The notes under the pieces are model-generated. The model ran no database searches, had not been told where the DNA came from, and saw only the letters and a program-made list of their open reading frames with translations. DNA of 64,000 nt from Cyanobacteria bacterium auto_48_18 (lineage in GTDB: Bacteria > Cyanobacteriota > Vampirovibrionia > Obscuribacterales > Obscuribacteraceae): NCBI GenBank assembly GCA_036170915.1, contig JAVHQC010000020.1, positions 64,001 through 128,000 on the forward strand, given 5' to 3'. The translations under genes were made by a program, and so were the position numbers. Positions 39,601 through 51,993 of the stretch are shown here, one piece after another (position 1 is the first letter of the stretch; the number at the start of each line of letters is the position of its first letter).

Positions 39601-39957
39601 TTAGCCTGGCGGCCAGAGCATTTGTCTCTCGCCGAGCACGTGTATATGCAGGTGGCCTACTGATTGACCGCCATCAGCACCTGTATTCACGACTAAGCGG
39701 AAACCGGATGTCAGATTTGCGCGCTGAGCCACCCGGGCGGCGGTGTAAAAGAGTTCTCCCATCAATATTTTGTCGTCTACCGCAGAGATGTCGGTATAGT
39801 GCTTCTTTGGAATGACAAGAATGTGTGTGGGGGCCTGAGGCGTTATGTCATTTATGGCATAACATTGGTCGTCCTCATGGACAAATTTTGAACTGATGGT
39901 ACCGTTGCCGATTTTGCAAAACAGGCAATTCTCTATATTTGTGGGCGGCTCGTTCAT
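39601..39957 (-). CDS. Histidine triad (HINT) nucleotide-binding protein
   Basis: CLFCKI, DITPQAPTHILVIPK, GQSVGHLHIHVLG, WPPG. Confidence 0.95.
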   Translation of the reverse strand: MNEPPTNIENCLFCKIGNGTISSKFVHEDDQCYAINDITPQAPTHILVIPKKHYTDISAVDDKILMGELFYTAARVAQRANLTSGFRLVVNTGADGGQSVGHLHIHVLGERQMLWPPG

Positions 39958-40123
39958 GGTTGTCTCCTTGTCTCGCTCATGATCGTCTCCTTAGATAAGT
40001 AACAAACAGACCACTTTTGCGCCGATAAGTTTATCCTTATAGGTGATCTTAGAAGATATTGGATTTTGGCTAATTAATTGGCCAGCGTGGAAAAAAGCCT
40101 ATGAGCGGTTTGGAGTATGCAAG

Positions 40124-41803
40124 ATGACAAGTGAAGGGAATATTCTGCCTCGTTTTTTGCAATTGCAGAAAACGCTGACTTCATCTCTTCGATTGAAAGA
40201 TGTACTTGATTCAGTAGTCATTATGTTTACTGAAATGGGTGGTGGTGCCAAAGTCGCAATATTTTTAGCCGACAATGAAAGTATGTCTTTCAAGTTGATG
40301 GCCGCCAAGGGTTACACAGAAGGTTCGCTGGATCAGCTCAAAATTGTTCCTTTTAATCTAGAAAGTTTGCTCAAGTATGTCTATCAAAAACGTATAGCAC
40401 TGACAGCTGCAGATGCCGCCTCGGCTCCTGACTTTAGCGCCACAATCATGAAGCGAGAAACTTCCAAAGGGCAAATCGCCATTCCCATGACCACGTCGAA
40501 CATGCTTGTAGGTGCGGTTTTGCTCGAAGTAAACAACGCGCAGATTCTTTCTATGACGGATTTCTTGCAAGATATCGCCGACCTTTGCGCTACTTCAGTG
40601 GCGAATGCGGTTATGTTCGGCCGCAGCGAGTATGAGCGCGAGCGGTTGGCCACTCTTTACAGCACCACCTGCGCTTTGAACGATAGTGCTCTGGAGATCA
40701 CTCAGGTTTTGCAAGTGGCGGCGGATACAGCGCTAGTGCTGGCCAATACTCCCAGTTGCGCCATTGTTTTAGTTGACAGCGATTCTGATACATTGCAATT
40801 GGCCGCCTTCAAGGGCCTGGACGGGCCCAGTCTGGGCGAGTTTGATATGTCTGTGCGCAAATCTATTGCCGGAAGTTGCCTGCGCTCTGGCGCCACTGAA
40901 ATATTTGGTGACGGATCTCGCGAACCTTTTGGTTTGCCTCGAGCCATGGGCGGCAGGCCATTCGCCAGTGCCCTGGCTATTCCCCTGATTTACTCGCAGC
41001 GCAAAATTGGCGTATTGGAAGTTTTTTCCACCGAGTCTCGAGCCTTTCAGCGTGAACAAATTGAGTTGCTAGAATCGCTCTCCAAGCAAGTTTCAACTTC
41101 ATTGAACATTGCTCTTTCTCATGAATCAAACAGTGCAATGGCATTTTTAGACGCCCATACCGGTCTTTCCAACCGCGTGCATTTTGACCAGGCGTTGAGC
41201 AAAGAAATTGACCGCTCTCAGCGCCACAATCGTGAAATGGCTCTGCTTCTCATAGATATTGATCACCTCAGCCAAATAAATGACATGCTCGGCCAAAATC
41301 GAGGCGACGAGGCCATTAAACACGTGGCTAACACCGTTAAGCTTGCTTTGCGAGACATCGACTTACCGGCCCGTTACGGCGGTGAAGAATTTGCCGTGAT
41401 GCTGCCTGAGACCAATCACGCCAGCGCCATGGAAGTGGCAGAAAGGTTGCGGCAGAAAATCCGGAAATCACCAGCTCCAGGAATTGGTCTGATTACAGTT
41501 TCAATCGGCGTCGCCAGCTACCCTGCTAATGCTGAAGACGCGGCCTCAGTGCTGCGCGACGCTGAGCAAGCACTTAATGTAGCTAAGTTCGAAGGCCGCG
41601 ATCGTATTAAGGGTGCCCTTACCGGAAGCTTCAGCGATTCGGGCTCAGGTGGTATTGCCTGGAACGATCTGGCCACTCAGGCCAAAATGTCTGTAATTTC
41701 TGAGCGGCAGGGTCGCCTGCAAAGCCGGCTCACGGCAACCCCAGAATACGCTACCTGGTTGGCGAAACCGGGTAGTTTGGTGGGTAAGAAAAAGAATGGG
41801 TGA
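40124..41803 (+). CDS. GAF-GAF-GGDEF diguanylate cyclase
   Basis: Two GAF-like regions, DAHTGLSNR, DIDH..INDMLG..GD, RDID I-site preceding ARYGGEEF; ATG 40124 preferred. Confidence 0.9.
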   Translation: MTSEGNILPRFLQLQKTLTSSLRLKDVLDSVVIMFTEMGGGAKVAIFLADNESMSFKLMAAKGYTEGSLDQLKIVPFNLESLLKYVYQKRIALTAADAASAPDFSATIMKRETSKGQIAIPMTTSNMLVGAVLLEVNNAQILSMTDFLQDIADLCATSVANAVMFGRSEYERERLATLYSTTCALNDSALEITQVLQVAADTALVLANTPSCAIVLVDSDSDTLQLAAFKGLDGPSLGEFDMSVRKSIAGSCLRSGATEIFGDGSREPFGLPRAMGGRPFASALAIPLIYSQRKIGVLEVFSTESRAFQREQIELLESLSKQVSTSLNIALSHESNSAMAFLDAHTGLSNRVHFDQALSKEIDRSQRHNREMALLLIDIDHLSQINDMLGQNRGDEAIKHVANTVKLALRDIDLPARYGGEEFAVMLPETNHASAMEVAERLRQKIRKSPAPGIGLITVSIGVASYPANAEDAASVLRDAEQALNVAKFEGRDRIKGALTGSFSDSGSGGIAWNDLATQAKMSVISERQGRLQSRLTATPEYATWLAKPGSLVGKKKNG

Positions 41804-41834
41804 TGGCCAGGGGGGCCTGGTTGTGGGGGAAATT

Positions 41835-41866
41835 TTGAAACTGGATGGATATCCATCTATGGTTTT
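41835..41866. repeat. Variant copy of dispersed palindrome (GATGGATATCCATC core)
   Basis: TGAAACTGGATGGATATCCATCTATGGTTTTG aligns with the copy at 58918-58949. Confidence 0.6.
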
Positions 41867-42061
41867 GAATATGCCTTCAGCCACGTTGCCATTATGTGTT
41901 CTTTAGTAATGGCTAAATCTTAAGAAATATAGCTAGAGCACGGTTTCTACCACTATTGGTCTATACACTTCTGTTGTGAGCAATCTTCCTGTTTGCGCAG
42001 AAGATTGGCTCCACTACACATTTTAATTGCGAGTGAATCTTCGTAATAGGAGGATAGAACC

Positions 42062-42373
42062 TTGGCTACTGCATCTGCAAACAAGCTTCAACTGAAACCC
42101 TTGGCTGACCGCGTTGTTTTGAAGAAACTTGACGCTGAAGAAAAAACATCAGGTGGCATTGTCCTTCCTGATACTGCCAAAGAGAAGCCGCAGCAAGGCG
42201 AAATCTTGGCCGTAGGTCCAGGCCGCGTCGATGACAAAGGCACCCGTACACCAATGGAAGTAAAAGTTGGCGACAAAGTTTTGTTCGCTAAATACTCCGG
42301 TACTGAAGTGAAAATCGAAGGCGTTGAATATTTGATCATGACCGAGCGCGACATTCTCGCTGTTGTCGGTTAA
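42062..42373 (+). CDS. groES: Co-chaperonin GroES
   Basis: [47 protein letters not shown] with TTG start. Confidence 0.98.
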   Translation: MATASANKLQLKPLADRVVLKKLDAEEKTSGGIVLPDTAKEKPQQGEILAVGPGRVDDKGTRTPMEVKVGDKVLFAKYSGTEVKIEGVEYLIMTERDILAVVG

Positions 42374-42431
42374 TTCGATTTTTGACCTGTTTTAAGTACA
42401 CAACTCATTAAAGAAAACCCTATTCCAATAG

Positions 42432-44078
<1,647 letters not shown>

Positions 44079-44114
44079 GAATAGGCCCTGCGCCTGTAAT
44101 TAGAATTCATTTGC

Positions 44115-44333
44115 TTAAGCAATAAAGAAAAGGGCGGGGATTAAATCCTCGCCCTTACTCTTAACGATGCCTGCGGCATCATGAGCGTGACCAATTCTGA
44201 AAGGGCCAGTTGTGTTTAAAACACTTGTGTTGCCACATTCGCATTGCTCTTCAGTCGGCCACGGTGTTGGTGAATTCAGTTCTTTGTACTTTTCGGTGGG
44301 ACATTTCTTACTTGCTCTCCAATCATATGTCAT
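44115..44333 (-). CDS. Possible small Cys/His-containing protein
   Basis: 72-aa ORF with C..CECG..HAH; no clear RBS and it runs through the groEL hairpin, so doubtful. Confidence 0.3.
   Translation of the reverse strand: MTYDWRASKKCPTEKYKELNSPTPWPTEEQCECGNTSVLNTTGPFRIGHAHDAAGIVKSKGEDLIPALFFIA
44130..44156. terminator. Hairpin after groEL, probably a bidirectional terminator
   Basis: AAGGGCGGGGAT-TAA-ATCCTCGCCCTT, with an A-rich left flank and a short T-containing right flank. Confidence 0.7.
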
Positions 44334-44474
44334 GAAGATCGAGTAAAAAGTTCAGCTAGCCCCCATCTTTTGTATAGCCAGCCCATAGTATTTATAGAAA
44401 CATGGTCAGGGAGCGATTTGTCCTGAAAATTGCGCTGAGAAATTTGCTCTAGTTGCTCTTTGTGTTTTAAAGAA

Positions 44475-44942
44475 TCACTGGTTCGGTCTGGCAATCACGC
44501 TTATTTTTCCGTTGGTCTCGACCATAGCAACGTGCACTCGAGCAATAGAAAGGCATCCAGATTCCCGAATGGCTCGCATTACATCTTCGTGACTCAGCTG
44601 TTCTTCAGCCAGCGTCTTATGATTGACTTTGCCGTTGTGAATCAAAACCTTAGGATCGCCCTCTAGTAAGTGGTCCACAAATCTGATCTTGTAAGAGAGG
44701 AAATTGATCGCGGCACTCGTAGCCACAAATGTGGTCATGGAAATTATGGCGGCGGTAAGCGAATCATCAGATTTCATGGCCGAGCTGGCTGCCAAATTGC
44801 CAAGGGTGAACAGAACCACAAGGTCAGTGCCTGAAATTTCTCCACCGCCTCTATTGCTTAATCTAATCAGAATTAAGATAAAAACGGAGAGTATAAATGA
44901 TCGCAGAACGATCTCCCACCAGGGCACAGTCAGTTCCCACAT
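44475..44942 (-). CDS. DUF421/YetF family membrane protein
   Basis: DLVVLFTLGN, LEGDPKVLIHNGK, ETNGKISVI; GGAGG RBS. Confidence 0.88.
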   Translation of the reverse strand: MWELTVPWWEIVLRSFILSVFILILIRLSNRGGGEISGTDLVVLFTLGNLAASSAMKSDDSLTAAIISMTTFVATSAAINFLSYKIRFVDHLLEGDPKVLIHNGKVNHKTLAEEQLSHEDVMRAIRESGCLSIARVHVAMVETNGKISVIARPNQ

Positions 44943-44994
44943 ATGCTTAATTTTCCTCCCGCGAAGGCACTGCCTGTGGTGCCAATTCTTTTAT

Positions 44995-45588
44995 CTAACT
45001 GGATTGTCTTTTTTTGCTCACTTGGGCAATTAATTCATCTGCGCCTAAAATTTTTGCCTTGAGTAGTGTCCTCATCTTATGCAGAGCCATGGCCGTATCT
45101 TGCCTAGTTTTGGCCAGGACCCCGTCGCTGATGATTGTCAAATCGAATCCACGCATGTATGCATCATTGGCTGTGTACATGACGCAAATGTCAGCAGCAA
45201 GCCCGGCAAGAATTAATTTCTTTGCCTTCATTTTGCTCAGCAATATTTGCAAAGATGTGCCGTAGAAACCTGAATGCATCGGTTTCAGAACAAAAAAGTC
45301 AGCTTTGGTAGGCGTAAGTTTTTGCGCCAATATTTTGCCCTTTGATTTTCCGCACAAGCATTGCTCTAGTTGTTCATTGAAATTCGAATGCCAGTTATTG
45401 TAGTTATCATTTAGATAGATAGTGGGCACGCCGGCCCTACTGCAGGCAGTTTTTACAGTTTTAAGAGTTCGAGCTAACTCCGGTACACCGGCAATAATTT
45501 CTTCATTGCCTGGAAAATCCAGATCGTTAATTACGTCAATTAAAAGCAAAACTGTTTTCGCTTCAATGTTCCTTTTTAAGCTATCCAT
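44995..45588 (-). CDS. Isochorismatase-family cysteine hydrolase
   Basis: LLLIDVIN (Asp), VLKPMHSGFYGT (Lys), GLAADICV (Cys), DAYMRGF. Confidence 0.9.
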   Translation of the reverse strand: MDSLKRNIEAKTVLLLIDVINDLDFPGNEEIIAGVPELARTLKTVKTACSRAGVPTIYLNDNYNNWHSNFNEQLEQCLCGKSKGKILAQKLTPTKADFFVLKPMHSGFYGTSLQILLSKMKAKKLILAGLAADICVMYTANDAYMRGFDLTIISDGVLAKTRQDTAMALHKMRTLLKAKILGADELIAQVSKKRQSS

Positions 45589-45738
45589 TTTAAGCTATCC
45601 ATTTGTTCGACCATAATTGCCTTACTCAACTATTTGCATCTGTGACGCGATTGTGCACGCTCGGTTCCAATTAGCCTATATGGGGCCGTAGCCGGACCAT
45701 ATTTGTGGCACATTTGTGGCACAATAGTTGGGCAGTGA

Positions 45739-47501
<1,763 letters not shown>

Positions 47502-47516
47502 TGAGGAGAGTTTCTA

Positions 47517-48293
47517 ATGGTTGATGTGTCGACTCAAGTGGCGCCCATAATGGTTGTTGCCTTTTCACTGGAGGAGGCCAAACAAGCCGAATTCGATCGC
47601 TTTTATCAGCATCAATATTTACCAAAATTACTGTCGGTAGCGCCAGAAATCAAAAACATTGTGCGTTACCAGTCTGACCGAAGAGTGCCGGCCACTGCTT
47701 CTGAAGCGCCTTCTGGAGAATTTTTGACCATATACGAATTGGCCTCCACCGAATCGCTCAAGAATACAGATGAGATTTTTACTCGCACGGGATTGGCTGA
47801 GGAGATGGCTGAGTTCAAGCGATGGAAAGAGCAGGTGAGCGGATTTTCTCGCATCAATTATCAGCTTACCTATGAGCATGCCCGCCGGCCTGCTGCCGGA
47901 CGATTTGGCAATCAGCATTTGCTTTATTTCACTTCAGAAGTTTTGCCTGAGAAAGTAGAAGAATTTCGCCAGTGGTATCAGGTTTCTTATTTGCCTAGAT
48001 TGATGGCCGACATTCCTAGTATCAGTGCATTAAGGCGCTATTCTTCATGGAGTGGCAACGCTATAACCGCAGAAAAATCTGATGACAAACTTATCGATAA
48101 ACCGGCTAAACCGGTAGGTCAATTTCTCACTGTGATGGAAAGCGCTAATGAGTTGACCCTCGCCTCTTCTATTGAACGCATGGCGGCTCCCCATCGTCTT
48201 CAGGAAAATGAGGCAATGCAAAAATGGCTCGACACAGCAGTGAAATTCACCGCCAGCAACACCTATAAACCCATATTTTCCATGCCAGCTTGA
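47517..48293 (+). CDS. Two-domain EthD/DUF4286-like dimeric alpha-beta barrel protein
   Basis: Internal duplication EFDRFYQHQYLPKLL..PEI..IVRY / EFRQWYQVSYLPRLM..PSI..LRRY; GAGGAG RBS. Confidence 0.6.
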   Translation: MVDVSTQVAPIMVVAFSLEEAKQAEFDRFYQHQYLPKLLSVAPEIKNIVRYQSDRRVPATASEAPSGEFLTIYELASTESLKNTDEIFTRTGLAEEMAEFKRWKEQVSGFSRINYQLTYEHARRPAAGRFGNQHLLYFTSEVLPEKVEEFRQWYQVSYLPRLMADIPSISALRRYSSWSGNAITAEKSDDKLIDKPAKPVGQFLTVMESANELTLASSIERMAAPHRLQENEAMQKWLDTAVKFTASNTYKPIFSMPA

Positions 48294-48329
48294 ATAGACT
48301 AGGCTTAGCTTTATTGGGCTAGCGTTTTG

Positions 48330-48815
48330 TTAGCCTTGATAAAGTAAAGCTATGGCCTGACAGGCGAGGGCATTGCCTTTGCCAATTTCATCGAGTCCTT
48401 CGTGAGTTTTGGCTTTAACACTGATGCGATTGAGGCTGATATTTAAGACTTCAGCTAAAAGCTTGCGCATAGACTCCAGATGTGGTGCCATTTTAGGCTG
48501 TTCTACAATAATAGTTGAATCGATATTGCCGATCACATAACCTTCACTGGTGACAAAACCCTTGACCTGAGCCAGCATGTCTAGCGAGTTGGCGCCCTTG
48601 TAACGCTCATCAGATGGTGGAAAATGTTGGCCAATATCGCCCATTGATAGTGCACCAAGGAGAGCATCAATAATTGCGTGTATTAAAACGTCGCCGTCCG
48701 AGTGACCTAGTGGACCTTTGTTAAAGGGTATTGTCAGCCCACCGAGGATAAGAGGGCGGCCCTCCACTAGCTGATGAATGTCATAACCCTGTCCTATTCG
48801 CATATTGGCTGACAA
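48330..48815 (-). CDS. ispF: 2-C-methyl-D-erythritol 2,4-cyclodiphosphate synthase
   Basis: RIGQGYDIH, GHSDGDV..HAIIDALLGA, GDIGQHFP, SVKAKT.E. Confidence 0.97.
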   Translation of the reverse strand: MSANMRIGQGYDIHQLVEGRPLILGGLTIPFNKGPLGHSDGDVLIHAIIDALLGALSMGDIGQHFPPSDERYKGANSLDMLAQVKGFVTSEGYVIGNIDSTIIVEQPKMAPHLESMRKLLAEVLNISLNRISVKAKTHEGLDEIGKGNALACQAIALLYQG

Positions 48816-48870
48816 ATGGATACCTCAAATGTTTTGTAGTCGCAGTAAACTAGCTTAATCACTGACTTAG

Positions 48871-50751
48871 CTAGTCGCCAATCACGAGCAAAAGTGAGTG
48901 AGCGTCTACTGTTTGACCTGATTTGACTTTTATTTCTTTGACCACGCCATCGCGATCGGCAAGGATGTCAGATTCCATTTTCATCGCTTCAAAAATCATA
49001 ATTTTTTCACCGCTTTTTACTGCAGCTCCTTCTTTCACCATGATTTCTTTGACGAGGCCGTGCATTGTCGACTGTACTTTGCCTGTGCCCGTTGCTGAAG
49101 CGGTTTTAGCAGCACGCTCTTTCGTCGGGGCAGCGGCTTTGGGTGCAGACCTGCTGGGCTGCGATTGTTGAGCCCGTGGTTTAGAAGGGTCAATCATTTC
49201 CGTGACAGCAACTTTGAAAATTTTCTGGTTGACGTCAACTTCAAAACTGCGAGTATCAGCTCTTTCAATAATGGCTGCCTCGCCACTTTCTGCTTTTGTG
49301 CCGTGCGAGCCATTTCCATTTGTACCAGTAGTGCCAGAGGCGTTAGCTGTACCACCAGCGGTGCCGCCGGCGGCTTTCATAGCCTGGCTCTTTTCAGCAG
49401 CACTGGCAGAAAAGCGCTTCATGAAATCTTGCTCGACGTAGGTTGTGAATACATCACCGGCCTGAAAAGCAGCATCGTCCAGCATTGCCACATGGAAAGG
49501 AATAGTGGTGGCTACTCCTTCGATAATGAAATGTTTCAGGGCCACCCTTGTGCGTTGGATTGCTTCTTCTCTGTTTTTTCCCCAGACTACAAGTTTTGCC
49601 AGGAGCGAGTCATAGAAAGGCAAAATTGTATAACCGGGATAGCATGCGGTGTCTACGCGCACCCAGGGATGGTGGGGCAATTCAAAACGAGTGAGCATTC
49701 CAGGGCTGGGCATGAAATTCTTCAGTGGATCTTCGGCGTTAATGCGGCATTCGATGGCATGGCCGCGAGGTTCAATATCGGCTTGAGTGAATGAAAGCTT
49801 TTTGCCGGCGGCCACTAACAACTGTTCTTTAACAATATCGATGCCGGTAATCATTTCACTGATTGGATGTTCAACTTGAATGCGAGTGTTCACTTCCAGG
49901 AAATAAAACTCATTGCCTGACACCATGCATTCAACTGTTCCTGCAGAAGAATAACCGAGAGCTTGAGCGCCTTTTACTGCGGCCGCAGTCAAGCGAGCTC
50001 GCAAATCTTTGTCGAGTTTGGCAGCAGGTGCTTCTTCCAAAAGTTTTTGGTGACGTCTTTGACTGGAACAATCACGTTCGTATAGATGCACGATATTGCC
50101 ATGTTCGTCGGCGATAATTTGCACTTCAATATGTCTTGGGTGGTCCAAATATTTTTCAACATAGACTTCATCACTACCGAAATAGCTTGCCCCTTCTCTC
50201 TGGGCTCCCGATAATGCTAGTTCTACATCTTCTTCTTTGCGCACCACGCGCAAGCCTCTGCCACCACCACCGGCACTAGCCTTGATGGCAATCGGATAGC
50301 CATACTTTTTGCCCAGTGTGCGCACTTCTTCAACGGTGGTTACAGGATCGGTTGTTCCCGGCACTACAGGAACGCCTGCCTTTTCCATTACTCGTCGTGA
50401 TTCAATTTTCGAACCCATTTTGTGAATCACTTCAGGGCTCGGGCCTATGAATTTGACGCCAGCCTCACCGCACTGTCTAGCGAAGTCGGCATTTTCGGCA
50501 AGAAACCCATAACCGGGGTGAATTGCATCAGCGCCGGCGCGCTTAGCAATATCAAGAATTTGCGTGCCATCCAAATAAACTTTGGCCGGTTGGCCTTCCA
50601 AACGCCACTGTTCTGTAGCCATCTTGACGTGTTTACCATCTTTGTCGGGCTCAGAAAAAATTGCCACAGTTTCCAAACCTAATTCACGGCAGGCTTGAAT
50701 CACCCTGACTGCAATTTCGCCACGGTTAGCAATTAGAACCTTTTTGAACAT
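48871..50751 (-). CDS. Biotin carboxylase fused to biotin carboxyl carrier domain (acyl-CoA carboxylase alpha-type)
   Basis: KVLIANRGEIA, IHPGYGFLAEN, GGGGRG, ERDCSSQRRHQK, EVNTRIQVEH, YDSLLAK, C-terminal EAMKM. Confidence 0.92.
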   Translation of the reverse strand: MFKKVLIANRGEIAVRVIQACRELGLETVAIFSEPDKDGKHVKMATEQWRLEGQPAKVYLDGTQILDIAKRAGADAIHPGYGFLAENADFARQCGEAGVKFIGPSPEVIHKMGSKIESRRVMEKAGVPVVPGTTDPVTTVEEVRTLGKKYGYPIAIKASAGGGGRGLRVVRKEEDVELALSGAQREGASYFGSDEVYVEKYLDHPRHIEVQIIADEHGNIVHLYERDCSSQRRHQKLLEEAPAAKLDKDLRARLTAAAVKGAQALGYSSAGTVECMVSGNEFYFLEVNTRIQVEHPISEMITGIDIVKEQLLVAAGKKLSFTQADIEPRGHAIECRINAEDPLKNFMPSPGMLTRFELPHHPWVRVDTACYPGYTILPFYDSLLAKLVVWGKNREEAIQRTRVALKHFIIEGVATTIPFHVAMLDDAAFQAGDVFTTYVEQDFMKRFSASAAEKSQAMKAAGGTAGGTANASGTTGTNGNGSHGTKAESGEAAIIERADTRSFEVDVNQKIFKVAVTEMIDPSKPRAQQSQPSRSAPKAAAPTKERAAKTASATGTGKVQSTMHGLVKEIMVKEGAAVKSGEKIMIFEAMKMESDILADRDGVVKEIKVKSGQTVDAHSLLLVIGD

Positions 50752-50802
50752 GGAAAAAAATCCTCGATGGTGTGTGGGTGAGGGTTCAGGCCTTCTCTTG
50801 AC

Positions 50803-50828
50803 ACCTTGGATCGATATCGATCCAAGGT
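50803..50828. repeat. Perfect 26-bp palindrome
   Basis: ACCTTGGATCGATATCGATCCAAGGT. Confidence 0.95.
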
Positions 50829-50910
50829 TGGCAGCTTTGATTGTGGTTCAGCCGCTTTGACTCCATTTAATCTTGAGCGGCAATTGATACTGCTACTGCA
50901 TATTCTTCCA

Positions 50911-50946
50911 TTGACTTTAACCTGGAGTTAAACTCATTTATATAAT
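50911..50946 (+). promoter_or_regulatory. Candidate operator dyad overlapping a -35-like TTGACT
   Basis: TGACTTTAAC-CTGGA-GTTAAACTCA (9/10 symmetric arms), TATAAT at 50941. Confidence 0.4.
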
Positions 50947-51117
50947 TTGAGCAGATCTTATGATTTCCTCCTGATTACCTCGTTTGAAACCGTAATCGCG
51001 TTAACCTAGACAGTTGTCACAGTGTTGGGTAAACCGGGTTGTGCACTATCTTGATGGTAGGATCTGAGAAGTTCGCCAGGATAACTGGTGAGATTGCGGG
51101 AAACTTCGAGGTTTGAG

Positions 51118-51987
51118 ATGGCAGGAGCCACTACTTTTCCGACTGTCTTTGTAGCCGGCAGCGGATTCATGGGATCAGCTATCGCTTTTTTGGTTGCTTC
51201 AAAAACATCCGCTAGTGTGCAAATTTACGACATTTCAGAGGCCCAGCTGGCTAAGGCTGAAGCTACTATTGATAAGTTCGGTAAATCATCCGTAGAGAAG
51301 GGTTTTCTTGATGCAGCTCAGTTCGCTGATCTGAAGAAACGCATCCACACCACTCAGTCAGACAAACTTGCTGCTCATTGCGATATCGTCATAGAGGCTA
51401 TTGCCGAGAATCTGGCAGTCAAAAAAGATTTTTTCAAGCGCCTTGACAACATCTGCAAGAAAGAAACCATTTTTGCCTCAAATACATCTTCTTTGCCCAT
51501 AACTACTCTGGCGGCTTCCACCAAACGCTCTAGGCAGTTTATCGGCATGCACTTCTTTTCGCCGGCGCACGTGATGAAGCTGGTGGAGTTGATTCCTGGT
51601 TATGACACCAGTGATGAAACTCTGGAAAAAGTGAAAAAATTTGGTGAAGAGTTGGGTAAGACGCTCATCTGTTCAAAAGACTTTCCTGGTTTTATTACTA
51701 CCAGGCTTGGTTTGGTGCTTATTAACGAGGCAGCTTTTGCATTGATGGAAGGGCTTTCCACAGCCGAAGAAATCGATACGGGAATGAAGCTTGGTTACAA
51801 TCACCCAATGGGTCCGTTGGCATTGGCTGATTTCATTGGCCTTGATGTGTGTTTGCATATTCTGGAAACATTGCAGGAAGGTTTTGGGGATCCGAAATAC
51901 AGACCCTGTCCTGTGATCAGGCAACTGGTGGCAGCCGGCCATTTGGGTAAAAAAAGTGGCAAGGGATTCTATGAGTACGGTGGTTAA
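51118..51987 (+). CDS. hbd: 3-hydroxybutyryl-CoA dehydrogenase
   Basis: GSGFMG, IEAIAE, ASNTSS, GMHFFSP, PGFI, HPMGPLALADFIGLD, GKKSGKGFY. Confidence 0.9.
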   Translation: MAGATTFPTVFVAGSGFMGSAIAFLVASKTSASVQIYDISEAQLAKAEATIDKFGKSSVEKGFLDAAQFADLKKRIHTTQSDKLAAHCDIVIEAIAENLAVKKDFFKRLDNICKKETIFASNTSSLPITTLAASTKRSRQFIGMHFFSPAHVMKLVELIPGYDTSDETLEKVKKFGEELGKTLICSKDFPGFITTRLGLVLINEAAFALMEGLSTAEEIDTGMKLGYNHPMGPLALADFIGLDVCLHILETLQEGFGDPKYRPCPVIRQLVAAGHLGKKSGKGFYEYGG

Positions 51988-51993
51988 CTAGAA

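Noticed and set aside
49165..49794. 209-aa plus-strand ORF
   Set aside because: Entirely antisense to the well-supported biotin carboxylase
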